Assembly (NCBI RefSeq): GCF_032191835.1
Contig: NC_083243.1
Span: forward strand, 171,244,001 to 171,308,000
DNA length: 64,000 nt
Reading direction: 5' to 3'
From: Heteronotia binoei
Taxonomy: Eukaryota
Shown: piece by piece, positions 11,501 through 24,935 of the stretch
How the letters are laid out: every line of letters starts with the position of its first letter
How positions within the stretch are numbered: position 1 is the stretch's first letter
Notes under the pieces: generated by a model
What the model saw: only the letters and a program-made list of their open reading frames with translations
What the model was told of the DNA's origin: nothing
The model's database searches: none
Program-made: the position numbers and the translations under genes

Positions 11501-12249
11501 TATAAAAACTATGCATTGAGCTTGTCTGGGATTCGGTAGCTGGCTCTTTAAAGACACTGTTTGCAAACCATGGACTTTTATTCAAAGGCTCATACCTCTG
11601 GCCACACCAAGCTAGTGTCTGGAAGAGACTAAAAAAGATACTTCAGATGGCCAAGATACTCTTCCCACTCTTTTATTCCCTGGTTTTCTGAATGTTTAGA
11701 TTAAAAAAGAAGAAACAACTAATGAAATGTTAGTTCTGTTTTCAGTATGAAAGCTTGCAAAAAAAAAGAAAGAAAAGGACAATCACTTTGCAACTTAATA
11801 GTGGCTAAGCAACTGGAAACAGTTTTTATTTACACTAGATCTCTGTGATGTGCCACTGTGTGTGGAATGAATGACTTTCAAGACATTTTCCTACTCCAGC
11901 TAACTTCTCTTGAGATCTAAGGTCCAGCCAGTACACTACATGGAGTTCAAATGCAATTTCATTCCAGTTCTTGTGAACATTCTTGAAATCTGTGGCTCTT
12001 CTTACACAAAACCTTATGGACACCACTACAATTAATGACTCCAAATAATATTGTTGGTAAAATATACATCATAATATCAATGCTTTGCCATTTCTCTGTC
12101 ATCTATAAGCAACAATGTCTCAACTGGAGAAGAGGACACAGACAATGCTGACATTACGGCCTTTCATCTCATGCTTTTTCTTGTTGGAGAAACAGGGGAT
12201 GGTGATACTCATGAATATCTCTGTAACGCACAGTTCTGGTAGTATTCTT

Positions 12250-13574
12250 GTGGGAGGTGATTATATGATACTATGACTAAGAGACCCCTAATTTCAGTTA
12301 TATACGGACATCGTAATCACCCATTTTGGTTGCCAGAGTGTCTGGAGATTCGACTTACACACATCTGCTATAGAATGTGGGTTTTTATCTACCAGGTTAC
12401 AAGAGACTTATGTGAGTACTAACAGTCCCAGCATTACAACAGCACTCTATATCTCCGGAAGAATGCTAGCCACAAGTACAGATGGGTTTCTAGCCGCTTC
12501 ATGCATACACCATCTCGGTCGTTGCAGTGGAAGACGTTGCGCTGCCAGGAACTGTCCGGGCAAGAGGCTTTCAGCATCAATCACGAAAGCCACTGTGGTA
12601 AGCTAACACCACCAGCAACCATCTTCCTGCAATACCAGACTCCATGACAGCGAAGCGAAAGGCTCACGTACGCAACAGCTGTGGCGTTTGCATAAGGCAA
12701 TCAAGCTTTTCTTAAGCACAGACCCTGCCAGACTGTTTAAGCTTTTATTTAACAGAACTCAAGACAATAGATGGTGCCAGTATGGAAGTAAAGAAGAGGA
12801 AGAACATCTTCATCTAGAGCCAGAATTCTTTGTATAAATCGGGTGTCACCTTAGGCAACAATTAGGCCCTCTATTGTTACCTTTAGATAAGTCTTGATAG
12901 CTTGTTAATCACTTCCATCCCAATATCCTCACCCATGCATTGCCCTAATTGTCATCCTGGAGCCTCTCCCTTTTTGCACATTGTTACCTGGAAACCCAAT
13001 CAGGTAACCAGGACCAGGTCCGCTCATTGGCCAGGTATGGGTATCCAATCAGGTGCCTCTAATAAACTGGCTATTGGCTACCGTACAAGTCCAGCTCTTA
13101 TGGTCATTGCGAAGCCTCCCCTTTCTCTGAGGTCATGTACCAGCTGACCCCTGCACCTCCTACCCCCTAAGGGCCTCTGACCCAACTCCCCACACGTGTT
13201 CATCTGACAGTACCTCATACCCCGATACCTGATCAGTTAAGGGTTCATCCCCCATCTCATTTTTGTCACCATTGGAGTTTTCCTTGAAGACTACAATAGG
13301 TAATTATTACCCTGTTTGTCAATCCTTGTATGTACTCCTGTCTATTTCTATCTTACTTTTATTAGGACTGTATGTGCGTTGTGTGACTTTATACTCTTGT
13401 ATGTTTGTCTTTATTTCATAATAAACCTTTATTATTATATTATATTGTGTCATTATTGGGTAAGTTCCAAAGCAGACACCTTCTGTATAAACAGGTTTTT
13501 GATCTCACTATAAGGCAGATTGCCCTCCACGCTAAATTCCCCAGAACCCTATTTTTAAGGCAGTTTGCTTAACA
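12250..13574 (+). mobile_element. Possible ERV-like LTR; 5' boundary unresolved
   Basis: Repeated CCAATCAGG boxes, AATAAA at about 13420 and a terminal ...GCTTAACA. No TSD could be found. Confidence 0.4.
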
Positions 13575-15365
13575 ACACTCGCTATTGTCATAGTACACTA
13601 TTTACAGCATTTGGATCACAGCTAAGAGATTGATGTAGGTTATAATACTATTTAATTCAATCATTACAATTAGGGAAACTGAACTAAGCCCCAGGTGTTT
13701 GGATAACCTGAATCTCCTCTGTGGATCAATCCCTTACTTATATAGTGAGATTGTCATAACTCTTTTAATTCAGGCTACTGAAGTAAAGATAGCACTATAT
13801 TCCAGGAACTAGATGCAAATGCTACTACACAATCAGGCCTGGAGATAAAGACTGTATGGAGAAGACTCCCACATAGTTCTGTTTCTAGTCAACTGTGTAT
13901 AATGAGATCACCGGTACTATATTAAAAAAAAGCCCATACATTCAGAGTTTTCCTTTAATTACAGAAAGTGCCATCAGTCCCCACTTTCAAAGTGATAGTC
14001 CATTGCTTGCTATTTTGTTCTAAAAAAGTAAGCAGAAGCTTTTTGTTAAATGTATGGTAGCCTACTGTTAGTTCTGTCTGCTATTTCTGTGTCCTGTGTG
14101 ACCACCAAAAATTACAGTTGGGAGGGATGGAGTCAATGAAAGCATAACAAATGGGAATTGCAAGCAGAGCAGAACCAAAAGGAGGGTAACCATACTTTGG
14201 GTGCATTCACACTACACTATATAAGGCATTTTGCAACTGGATTTTTATTGTGTAAGAACAGCAAAAATACATTATTTAGTGTCGTGTGAATGCACCCCTT
14301 GACTTCTTGGCATGCTAAATGTATATATGTAAGAGTCGTTTAAACTAATGGAACAGTGTGCTGTGTGATATAGCAAAGGAAAGCTGCACCATGATATTAT
14401 TAATTGTAGCTGATTCTCAGATATTGTGATGGTAACATGAACACTCATTCAGTCAGCTACTTGCTGCCAGAAATTCATGTTATATATCAGATATGTGTCT
14501 TGTGTGCTATACATGAACTGAGTGATGACATAGTAAACACAACACAACAAATAGGGATTCATTTGTCACTAGTACACGTTATAAAGCATTCTGAAAACTT
14601 CTGTGCATTAATCCATTGAACAAATGTTCTTCATTTGCCTTTTTGGTTGTGCAAAGTAGTTGTTGACTGGCATTTGAATTGTACAAATTGAGAAACGTTT
14701 TTCAATGTTGACTTCCAACTTCCCCTCTAAAATGGACTAGGAAAACCCACTACATCTTTCCCCCATGGTCTTAACTCAAGTAATAAAAAAGTATTATTTT
14801 TACCTGGAGTTCTGCAAATACCTGATAATTCAAAAGACAAATCCATTCAGATCTGGTGGCTGGAGCTGAAACACTACTGTCAAAGGTAATTTTTACTCCT
14901 TCTTTATGGGTGAGAATAAGAAGGAGGAACAGAGTTTAGAATAGTAGGAGAAGCACTTGGGAATTTGGTGTCTCCAAAGGATCAGCCTTAATTTTATATT
15001 TTAAGATCTCAGTGTGGATTCTGACTTCTCTGGCTTTAAGAATTACTCCCTTGTCGAGACTGAAATTTCTTGGGCACTGAGCTCAAGTGGAAGCATAGAG
15101 AGACCAGAAATGTTTATTTCCAAACCTAACAGAATCAGGTCAGAATCCAGGTGGTTGCAAGTGGTAGAGAAATCTATGTGGGTCTACATACTTGTACACA
15201 AGTCATTGCAGGATTGCAGAGTAAACTAAATTGCACAACTCAGTGAACTGAGCATAGAATATATGCTGAAGAATGTGGGAGAGAATGTTTGGGCATGGTT
15301 GCTTGCTCAAAGGAAGCAACTGCATCACAGGCAAACCTGTGTATACAGAAATGAATAAAGATCAG

Positions 15366-18300
15366 TTCATCTTCATGACTTCTGTGCAGTCCCACATGGG
15401 ACTGCGTTATTGCAGGCCAGCTATGAAGAAAAGCTAGCAAGCTATTTCAATAGGAATTTTCTAGATTCCCATGAGGGATGGCCCCTCCCTTATCCAGACC
15501 CTTCCCATTTGAATAGTCATGTGATGTGGGAGGAGCCAGCACTCAACCCTCAGTTCCTTTTTTGCCACCATTGTGAGCATTGCTTAACAGCTTATCTGCA
15601 CTTAAGATGTCCATTAAATAATGGTTTCTGAGGTAGAAAAATCCTAAATTGAGACATGGCCCTTTTAAAGAAATGTATTGAATGTAGGGCAAAGATGGCA
15701 CAATTAGATGAGCATACATTGTGCCTTCTCTGCCTTGGTGAAGCACAGGGATTTTTTTGTAGCAGGAACTCCTTTGCATATTTGGCCGCACCCCTGATGT
15801 AGCTAATCCTCCTGAAGCATACAGTAGGCCCTGCATTAAAAGCCTTGTAAGCTCTTGGAGGATTGGCTACATCAGGGGTGTGTGACCTAATATGTAAAGG
15901 AGTTCCTGCTACAAAAAAATCCCTGGTGAAGCACATAACACTGTATCCTGTGAGGCATGTCGACACTTGACTCCAAAGTCCAGAGAGGGGAGGTGGCTTG
16001 TATTAAGGCTAATCTTTAGGGAAAAGCCCTTCGGGCTCCCTCTGAACTGGCTTTGGTTACTGCCAAATCTGCCAAACAATAGCCTCCAGTTCCCTTAGGG
16101 GATGCAATGGCTGCATCAGAACCCCTCCAAAAGAGACAGAAAAGACCAAACATTTATCTTGTTCACTGAAAGCTTTGAAGTTGGCAAAGAAGTGGCTGAA
16201 TGAATGCCACACATCTGTTTCTCCCAACCAGGGACCGCCACACCAGGAACACTGGCCACAGTTCAGAAGCATTGAACACAGTCCAGGACATGGAAGCATA
16301 AAACAGTGAAACCATCCACGCCACTTCAAAAGTCCTGATCAAGGTAGCTTTTGACTGACTATCGTGATGCCAAAGAAACTTAACACTCCATCCTCAAGAT
16401 GGCACCATTGCAGCAGAGCCATTCGACATTGAGTTATCCCATGCTGATGATGGTGCCATCGTCTTGGAAACACCGGGACAACCCTGGTTTGGGTTCATGG
16501 CATCCCGCTTCTTGTTTCTCCTTGGATGAGAGTCATAGACCTCCCAAATGCTGTAGATGATGGGATTCTGACTTGATCGTTGCGGCCTCAGATGTTGATG
16601 CTGATAAAGTCTCCCAACTGGGCTTCAAACTGACATCAAGGGCTTTGCCTGATGATGGAGTTGGGGACCCTCAAGCAGTATCGCCTATTGATACCAAGAA
16701 ACCTTATGTGGAACAACTCATCTGTATGGCAAAGGCTTCCAATTTAGAATACTTACAGTCAGAACCTCAAACAAAGAACCCTCTGATGAAGGTGCTGTTT
16801 GAACCTGACTCTGGCTCAGTAGCCTTGCTTCTTCTTCAGGGCATTCAGGAAGTAGTGATGCAAGCCTTGACGGTGACCAGCATCCATTCCAGCTTCCTCT
16901 AGAAAATTGGAAAACCTCTACCATGTGAAATAATCTGTGTCTACTTGTTCCGATACCTGAAGCCTAACTCCATGATGACTGAAGTTCTTCTGCCTAAGGG
17001 CTGGTATGGATCTTATTCTTCCTCTTCTGATAACTAAGGGAGGAAGACAGACTTGTTGGGAGGGAAAGTCTACTCTTTGGCAGCAACTGGCCTGAAAGTA
17101 GTCAATCATCTATCACTAATGAGCAGTTATCAGATGTTCCTTTGGGATAAAATGACCCAATACTTGGAATTTCTCTTTGCAGAAATGCTGCCGGTTGCTG
17201 CCAGCTCTCCTAATGAGAGCATGAATAGACCCATGTTGAAAAAATTGAGCTGAGGTTCCATGTAACATCAGGAGAAGGAGGCTGATGAAGTGATCGAAAC
17301 CATGAGGCGTCCATTCATAAGCGGTACTTTCCTTACTCTCTCCACATCGTTAGGAGTCAGGCACTGAGGAAAAAAGCATTCACCCACAACTAAATCTACT
17401 CGAAGGAAGCCGATTTACAGGGTTACTGAAAGACTGTGTGGGAAAATACATATGTTGAAAGCTCAGTGTTCCTTAGTTTTGTTTAAGTTTCATTTAAGCT
17501 TGCACTAAAACATATTTATACACATTTCCATGTAAATTTCATTGCTTCAGGTGGTTTTTCTGTTGTTTGCACTTCATGGCATGGCTGATTCAGCCACATC
17601 GATAATGAACTCAGAGTGGAGGAGGTCTTGTGTTCTGCACTCAGTGCAAAAATCATATTGGTAAAAATTCCCAGCTGAGTGGCCATTGGCCGCTAAGGCT
17701 GGGGGCCATCCATTGCCCCCTCGGAAGTTGGGGGTGTTTTTGCCTACCCTGTAATGGTATGGATGGGTGCTGGCAATTGGCTAGGGCAGTGCTGTGAATT
17801 AGGTTGGTCACTGGCTGTTTACTGTTGGGCACCTGTTGTTGGATATTGGTGAGCACCCGTGGCACCACACCTTTGTGGTGTGTGGCCTCCCTGGAGCAAC
17901 CCTTAAGCTGTAAGGCCCAGGGCCAAATCCAGGGGGCCTAGGGATCCCGTCACATGGTGAGTTGTCCACATCCCAGGCTGTACGGTTTGGAGGAGGGTGG
18001 AGCTCAGGTGAGTGGGGATCATGTGGCCTTGCCGGCCGGGTCTGAGCCACATAAGACGGCTCACACCCGGGGCATTGGGGCTCGCCCAAGCACAGGTCAA
18101 GGAGGTGGCCTGACAAGTACCCCTGGCTTGTCCTGACCCATGTTTGCCCTTGCCTTTATGTTGTAATGAATAAAAGTGGCCCTTTCATCCATAAGACCTG
18201 TGTCTATCTCATTATTCCGACTGGGGGTGGGGCAATGGTTTTGCTCATGGTGTCAGACTCAAGGGAGTAACCATTCTTCCTGTCCTTTAGCAACTGTTTT

Positions 18301-19583
18301 TGAATTTTTGCTTAGTCTTAAATATAATGGTCTTGCTGCTTCTTCCATTAAGGTTTACCTCACAGCTATTTCATGTTACCATGACTAGATACAGGGTTCT
18401 TCTGTGTTGTCATGCAGACTCTAAGCATTTTCTGAAGGGGAAATATAATTTGTATCTGCCAGCTGTATACCCCATGCAGCAATGGTGTTGGTTCTAAATG
18501 CTCTTACACATAAACCATTTGAGCCTTTGGACACTACTGATGTCTCCTGGATTTATTTCAAGATGGTTTTCTTAGTGGTGATTACATCAACTCGATGGGT
18601 GGGAGAGTTGGGGCCCTGTCCTGAAATCCCCTGTATGTGAAGTTTCACAAGGATAAAGCAGTTCTTAGAACTAATGTTGACTTCCTCTCTAAGGCTGTCC
18701 CTAGGTTTCATATGAAGCAAAACATAGTGTTGCCTGCTTTCTTCCCAACCCTCAAACGACAGCCGACTATATGCTGCATACTTTGGACATGAAGAGAGTC
18801 CTGCTATGTTATTTGAGATGCACACACTCATTTAGACTTGGTAGGCATGTTTATTTATTTTGGGGGTTCTAACAAAAGGTGCCAGACTTTGGTCCAGACC
18901 ATCTCCAGGTAGATTGTATCCACAATTAAAACAGCTTATATTCACACAGATGTTCAATGTCCTCTAGACATCTCAGCACACACTAGTAGGGGACAAGCCT
19001 CATTCACAGCTTTCATGGCATCACTGCCTCTGGAGGATGTTTGCAAGGCTGCTACATGGTCTACACCAATGATCTTTGTCAAGCACTATGAAATGGACAT
19101 CCAATCTTGGAGTGATGCAGCTGTGGGAACAGTGGTGCTGCAATCAATTCTTTGCTAAGTCTGACCATTCCCTCTTCCGGTGAGTACACAATTATTTTTG
19201 CTAATCTCCCATGTGAAACTGCACAAAAGCCATGAATATGAAAACAGGGTTGTTCTTACCTGTAACTGCTGTTCATCAAGTGGTCTTCTGGGCAGGCACA
19301 CATTCCTCTTTCCTTTCCCCACTGTGGTCTACCTTATATTTACCTGCATATTTATATTCATGGTGGCTTAGGAGAACTGAGGGATGAGTGCTTCCCCCTC
19401 CCACACTACATGACCATTTGAACAGGAAGGGTCTTGGTAAGGGGGGGGGGCATCCTTCATGGGAATCTAGAAAATTTCTATTGAAAAAGCTAGCTCTTCT
19501 CCATGGCTGGCCTGCAACAACACAGTCCTATGTGCGCCTGCACAGAAGACCACAGCAGTTACAGGTAAGTGCAACTCTGTTTT
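15366..19583 (+). mobile_element. DIRS1-like tyrosine-recombinase retrotransposon, degenerate and internally deleted
   Basis: About 190-bp inverted terminal repeats (15366-15558 and 19374-19555) and an ICR at 19208-19305. ORF1 zinc finger FKKCIECRAKM..HTLCLLCLGEAH..C; ORF1 remnant KVYSLAATGLKVVNHL; YR remnants SSIKVYLTAIS, RWVGELG, HTSR and CKAATWS..FVKHY at 18245-19160. Confidence 0.9.
15746..15925. mobile_element. hAT MITE nested in the DIRS ORF1 zinc finger
   Basis: TIRs CAGGGATTTTTTTGTAGCAGGAACTCC and a perfect 8-bp TSD, GTGAAGCA. Removing it restores CLGEAH. Confidence 0.92.
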
Positions 19584-19621
19584 ATTTATGCTATTGGAAT
19601 GAGGTAATAGTTTTGTTGCTC

Positions 19622-19830
19622 TGACCTGGATGGCCCAGTCTAGCCTGATCTCATTAGATCCTGGAAGCTAAGCAGAGTCATCTCAGTTTAGTTGGACAGA
19701 AGACCACCAAGGAAGTCCAAGGTTACTAAGTAGAAGTAGGCAATGGAAAATCATCTCATCTCTTGCCTTGACAACCTCATGAGGGTTCACCATACCTCGA
19801 CTACAACTTGATAGTACTTTACACACACAA
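19622..19830 (+). mobile_element. 5S rRNA-headed SINE (second copy)
   Basis: tagcctgatctcattagatcctggaagctaagcag head with the same tail as 11183-11385. Confidence 0.75.
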
Positions 19831-21329
19831 TCACTGTGTTGGGTTATTTAGTTCTGCAGTTACTTATCCAGTAAAAGATATTCTTTGATTCTATTGGTTT
19901 GTCACAAGCACAATAAAGGAAAAGCAGATAGGTGTATTTACTGATTGCAGGAGGATGCATACCTCTGATGTTCAAGTCTGGCCACCTGCCCATTGTTCTG
20001 TTCACAGGTGGATGTTAACAGGGAGAAGGGAGGCCCATTTTTAGGCTTTTGGCTGTTGTCCACTGCCACTTACTTCCCCTCTCCTTCTGGTCAGCTTTCC
20101 AAAGTGGGCCACTCTGGGAGATGGCCCATTTCTTTCTGGGTCATCTCTGTTTTATGAAAGAGGGGGAGGTGGAGGCAGACCAAACACTTTGGGAAAGACC
20201 ATTGGCTCAGATAAGATAGGATGATGAAAACAAGAGAGAATTTAAAATCCTAGAAGTAGCTGAAATCATTAGAACTGAAATCTCTAGATTCAAAGTTCAC
20301 AGCCAACCTCATTCTCTACTTCTGCCCACCTCTTGACTATTGTCACTTTCCTATTTCTTCTCATGAGTGGTGGGGGTGATTGTGCAGATGTAAAAGGGAG
20401 AGTATTTAATCCATGGTTGTATCTTTCCATTGACTATCACTGTTATGTGTGTATTAGGTCCAAAGGGGTTGGAAAGGTGGCCTCAGGTGCAGACATGATG
20501 GCATCTGACTGTGGAATATCTATCTTTACTCTCAAGTATGGCTTTTTTCCCTGGCTGTCAGATAATGTGTGGGGCATCAGTTTGCTGACCTGCACCCTTA
20601 TAGGCCTTTAGGACTCCATGCTTTGTTAGGTAGTTAACCCAATGGAAGAGTAGCCCAGTATTTATAGAAAGGGTTTTAGAATTAACTACTGTGCCTTATC
20701 AGTGATCTCTGGTACCTGGCTTCCTCTGAAGCAGGTTGTGTGTCTAGCAGCACTTTCACTCAGTTTTAATTGGGATGCTCAGATTTCCAGATCTGCCTTA
20801 ATTCATTTAAGGGATAGCTAGTAACACAAATGTGTCTGAGCAAAGAATCTTCATAAGTTTCCTAGCAACTGCAAGTGCAATGTAACCTTAGTGTGAAAAT
20901 GTCTATTGTGTTTCATAACGTCTATTTGCCAGGACAAGAAAACCATTACAAAGGGCGTTATGAGATTAAAATGGTTTTATTATGTATTTACTTAGGATAA
21001 CCAGGTAAGGAAAGGTCAGGTAAGGTTGCTTAGTTTTCTGCCTTTTCTTAAAAGTCAGTCTTTGACACTGATGGATTTGAAGAGGGAAGGGAGCAGCCAG
21101 AAACTAGACCCTTTTCACAATGTACCTTTAGGATCAGTTTTCCCAGGCAAGCTTCTGGTCAATGTTTGATGGCACATATCCCATGTGACTGTAGGACCTA
21201 ATTTGATCCTATTTGCAGACTAAGGAAGAGTCTAGAGTGAGTGACCCTATGAGATGCTAAGAAAGAAGGTTGCCTGCCATCACTTTTCCAAGGTACCAGA
21301 CTGGTCCTTCGGAGGGAGGAGGGATCAGG

Positions 21330-21540
21330 GGCCTGGGCATAACACTAGTTTGGGAAATTCCTGAAGATTTGAGGATGGAGCCTGGAAAAGGTTTGGGGAG
21401 GGGAGGGACCTCAGAGGGGTACAATGCCCTAGAATCCACCCCACCACACACACACACAAAGCAGCCATTTTCTCCAGTGGAACAGATCTCTGTAGTATGG
21501 AGGAGATATCCAGGCCTCAACTGGAGATTGGTAACCCTGA
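21330..21540 (-). mobile_element. hAT-type MITE fragment
   Basis: Same internal motifs as 3320-3478; ends in the TIR-like ttggtaaccctg. Confidence 0.65.
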
Positions 21541-22911
21541 ATAGCAGTGTTACATCTGCTATCCTGATGTTTTCCAATCAACTCAAAGTATTTCTATCTG
21601 GCTTCTGGTCATGGGACCACTGATACATTGACAAAATCACCCAAATGGGATGTTCAGTTGTGTGCATTGCCTTTGGAACTTTAAGTTCATTCTTAGAATG
21701 GGCTTCAACTCAGCAGATGGTGATTGAAATGTCAGCTGTTATCTTGATGACATGAAGGACACCAAATTCCCCAGCCATTTGTCACCTTGGATAATAATGG
21801 AAGCATTCAGCTGGCTCAGAAGAAGACAGAATAACCAACCACTAGACAGCAATTGTTTGCACCTTTGCCATTTCTGCTTCAGGTATAATCAATGGCTCAT
21901 TCTTCCCCATCATTCCAGGAGTTAGGACGGACATAAGATAGTAGAGGGGTGAGTGTGTAGATCAGACTGCTGCCCAGAAAAGAGTGCTTTCAGCTAATAC
22001 CCTCCCTCTCCAAGCACTCTTCCTTCTGTAACTGCCACCTACCCAGTGAGCTTTATCTCTGAGAAGCAATCTTCCCATCTTAGTCTGATCCCACCAAATT
22101 ACAGTTGTTCTCCTTCAAGCCTTCCACTCTATAGTTCTCAGAACAGCATTTTTTAAAGCCTGTTCTATCCTGGTAGACTTTTTTCTGATACATGATAATT
22201 GATTACAGCTGCGGATAATTTGGGACTGGAGGGTAGATAACGCTCAAATCAGTCCAGCTTCTCCATAGCTATTTAGTCCTATCTGGCTTAGTCCTCAGAA
22301 CTTTAATACTTTTTTCATTTTTTTAATGGATTGACAAGTTTAGGATCTAGCATGATGGGTCTCAGACATACCTACAACCTTGGTCACAATGTCTCGATAG
22401 CTGTTCCTTACAGCAGAAGCCCCCTTCTGAGTTACTAGGTAGATGCTGGCTTCATTTGGACATGCTTCTTCCATTCCTTCCCCTTTTCTGTTGCTTCTGA
22501 CTCACTTTTAAACTTCAGAAAGCTGTGGGGATGTTTTCCACCCTTCCAAAACTAGTGATGTGCCATTTCCAATCAATTGTTAGCCTTTTTAATTTAAAAG
22601 ATCATAACCTTTGCAATTTTTTTAAATAAAAAACATTTAAAAGGAAATGTTGACTTGCTTTAAAATTTGGGCTACACTCAAAAATCCGCATATCTGGGAA
22701 CAGAGAGTACTCTCCTTCATGAGAATGATGCTTCGTCCCTCTTCTTAATCTGTCTTATATTACAAAAAAACCCACAGCTTTATCATTTTTTCTTTAACAT
22801 ATTAAATTTTACATAGATTTCGATGAGAATATTCTTGCACCATTATATAATATACGTACCATAACAAAAAAGCAAATGCGGTATTTCTTTGCACATAGCG
22901 GAGAAGAGATG

Positions 22912-23850
22912 TTACTGAGATAAAACTTTCTTGCTGATAACTCTTACAAAAGCTTCCTTCACATCTTTGTTCCTTAGGCTATAGATCAGGGGGTTCAGCA
23001 TTGGGATCACAACTGTGTAGAACACAGAGGCCCATTTGTCCTGATCTAACGAATAGCTGGATGTTGGCCTCAGATACATAAACATAACTGTTCCATAAAA
23101 CAGTGTGACCCCCGTGAGATGGGAAGCACAGGTGGAGAAGGCTTTGTGTCTGCCCTCAGCAGAACGGATCCTCAAGATGGCAACAAAAATGAAGAGATAG
23201 GAGATCAGGATAATGAGGATGGTGCTGAACTCAATGAAGCCACAGAGGCTGAAGAGGAGGATCTCACTCACATAGGTGTCAGAGCAAGACAATGCTAGGA
23301 GAGGCGGAATCTCACAGAAGAAATGGTTGATGACATTGGAGCCGCAGAAATTCAAGCTGAAAGTTAAACTTGTATGGGATACCAAGCTTATAAGGCCTAT
23401 TACATAGGAACCGATCACCAGTACCAGACAGACTTGCTTTGACATGACTGTGGTATAATGCAGAGGGCGGCAGATGGCCACATAGCGATCATATGCCATA
23501 GCAGCTAAGACATAGCATTCAGCATCCACAAAGCCCACAAAAAAGGCAAATTGTGTAGCACAGCTAGAGAAAGAGATGACTTTGTGTTGACGCAGGAAGT
23601 CAGCCAGCATGCGTGGGGCAATGGCAGTGGAGTAACCCAAGTCCACTAAAGAGAGGTGGCAAAGAAAAAAATACATGGGTGTGTGGAGCTGCTCATCAAC
23701 GATGATCAGGAGAATCATGCCCACATTTCCTACAACATTTCCCAGGTAAATGAAGAAAAATACCACAAAGAGGGCCATTTCTAGCCGTGGATTGTCCGTG
23801 AAGCCCAAGAAAATGAACTCTGTTACCGTGGTCTGATTGTCCTTATACAT
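22912..23850 (-). CDS. OR5AR1: Olfactory receptor, OR5AR1-like, intact (312 aa)
   Basis: All OR motifs present. [50 protein letters not shown] and [25 protein letters not shown] match mammalian OR5AR1 as I recall it; symbol needs BLAST confirmation. Confidence 0.9.
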   Translation of the reverse strand: MYKDNQTTVTEFIFLGFTDNPRLEMALFVVFFFIYLGNVVGNVGMILLIIVDEQLHTPMYFFLCHLSLVDLGYSTAIAPRMLADFLRQHKVISFSSCATQFAFFVGFVDAECYVLAAMAYDRYVAICRPLHYTTVMSKQVCLVLVIGSYVIGLISLVSHTSLTFSLNFCGSNVINHFFCEIPPLLALSCSDTYVSEILLFSLCGFIEFSTILIILISYLFIFVAILRIRSAEGRHKAFSTCASHLTGVTLFYGTVMFMYLRPTSSYSLDQDKWASVFYTVVIPMLNPLIYSLRNKDVKEAFVRVISKKVLSQ

Positions 23851-24179
23851 CTTCAGATAAAGAGATTAAATGTGAAGGGACTGAGGTGTGAAGATAAAAG
23901 CAAAATCACCTCTTTGGAGGAAATGTGGAGGACTAGAGTAGACTGCACTGCTTGATAGAGACAACAGAATCCTTCTTTTGATGTGTTCCCTTATACCGGG
24001 GTGTCTCCTGTCAACTGATTAATAATCAGATGGAGGCATAAACCACTGTATTCTGTGACTCTTCCTAAAAAACAACAAAAGCAGTTCCTATGTTAAATAT
24101 AACTGTAGAAGGTTAATCAGAATTAAAATAATTAAAAGTAAGCATTCCTTGTAACCATTTTATGTGTTATTTTTAAAAT

Positions 24180-24412
24180 GAGAGCCAGCATCATACAGTG
24201 GCCAAGAGTAGCAAACTCTGATCTGGAGAATTGGGCTTGATTCCCCACTCCGCCATTTGAAGCTTGCTGGGTGGCTTTGAGCCAGTCACAGCTCTCTCAG
24301 AACTCTCTCAGACCCCCTACCTCATAAGATGCCTGTTCTAGGGAGACAAAGGGAAAGTGATTGTAAGCAACCTTGAAACCCCTTAAGGTAGAGAAAAGCA
24401 GGGTATAAAAAC
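24180..24412 (+). mobile_element. Squam3-type SINE (older copy)
   Basis: gagagccagc head, ggcttgattccccactc and tail gggtataaaa. Confidence 0.8.
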
Positions 24413-24679
24413 CCACTGTTCAAATGTGAATGAAAAATGCACCATTAAAAGCACACAAAGGGGGATCCTGCTTTAAAAGTCCAGATCTTTCTCACTCTGC
24501 AGTACTGTTTCATTTCTTACCAAAACCCCAAGACAATAACTCCTATCCCATACATTTTGTTTGAATAGACAGTCACACTGCATTCTAGAGCAACTGGGGT
24601 TCGATGTGCAGATGAAGAATGAGAGACTAGTATGCCTTTTTAGCCTTGTGTAAACAACTTCCTGGATGGTGTACACTTT

Positions 24680-24935
24680 TCAGGTACAAAGTTTGAGTTC
24701 AGTGGCACTTTAAAGATGAACAAAGTTTTATTTAAGGTACGAGTTTTCATGTGTTAACACAATTCTTCAGATACAATGAAATGAAAATAGAAAGAATAGT
24801 CATACACATAGAAGGTGGGAAGTTTGTGTTTGTACACAAAATCTCATACCTTGAATAAAACTTGGTTGGTCTTAAAGGTGCCACTGAACTCAGACTTTGT
24901 TCCACTGCTTCAGACCAACACAGCTACCCATCTGG
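24680..24935. mobile_element. Inverted pair of Penelope-like terminal repeats
   Basis: aaagtttgagttcagtggcactttaaag faces ggtcttaaaggtgccactgaactcagactttg...agaccaacacagctaccc. Confidence 0.75.

Noticed and set aside
17281-17305. CTGATGA...GAAAC hammerhead-like string
   Set aside because: No formable stem II or III and no cleavage triplet; chance match.
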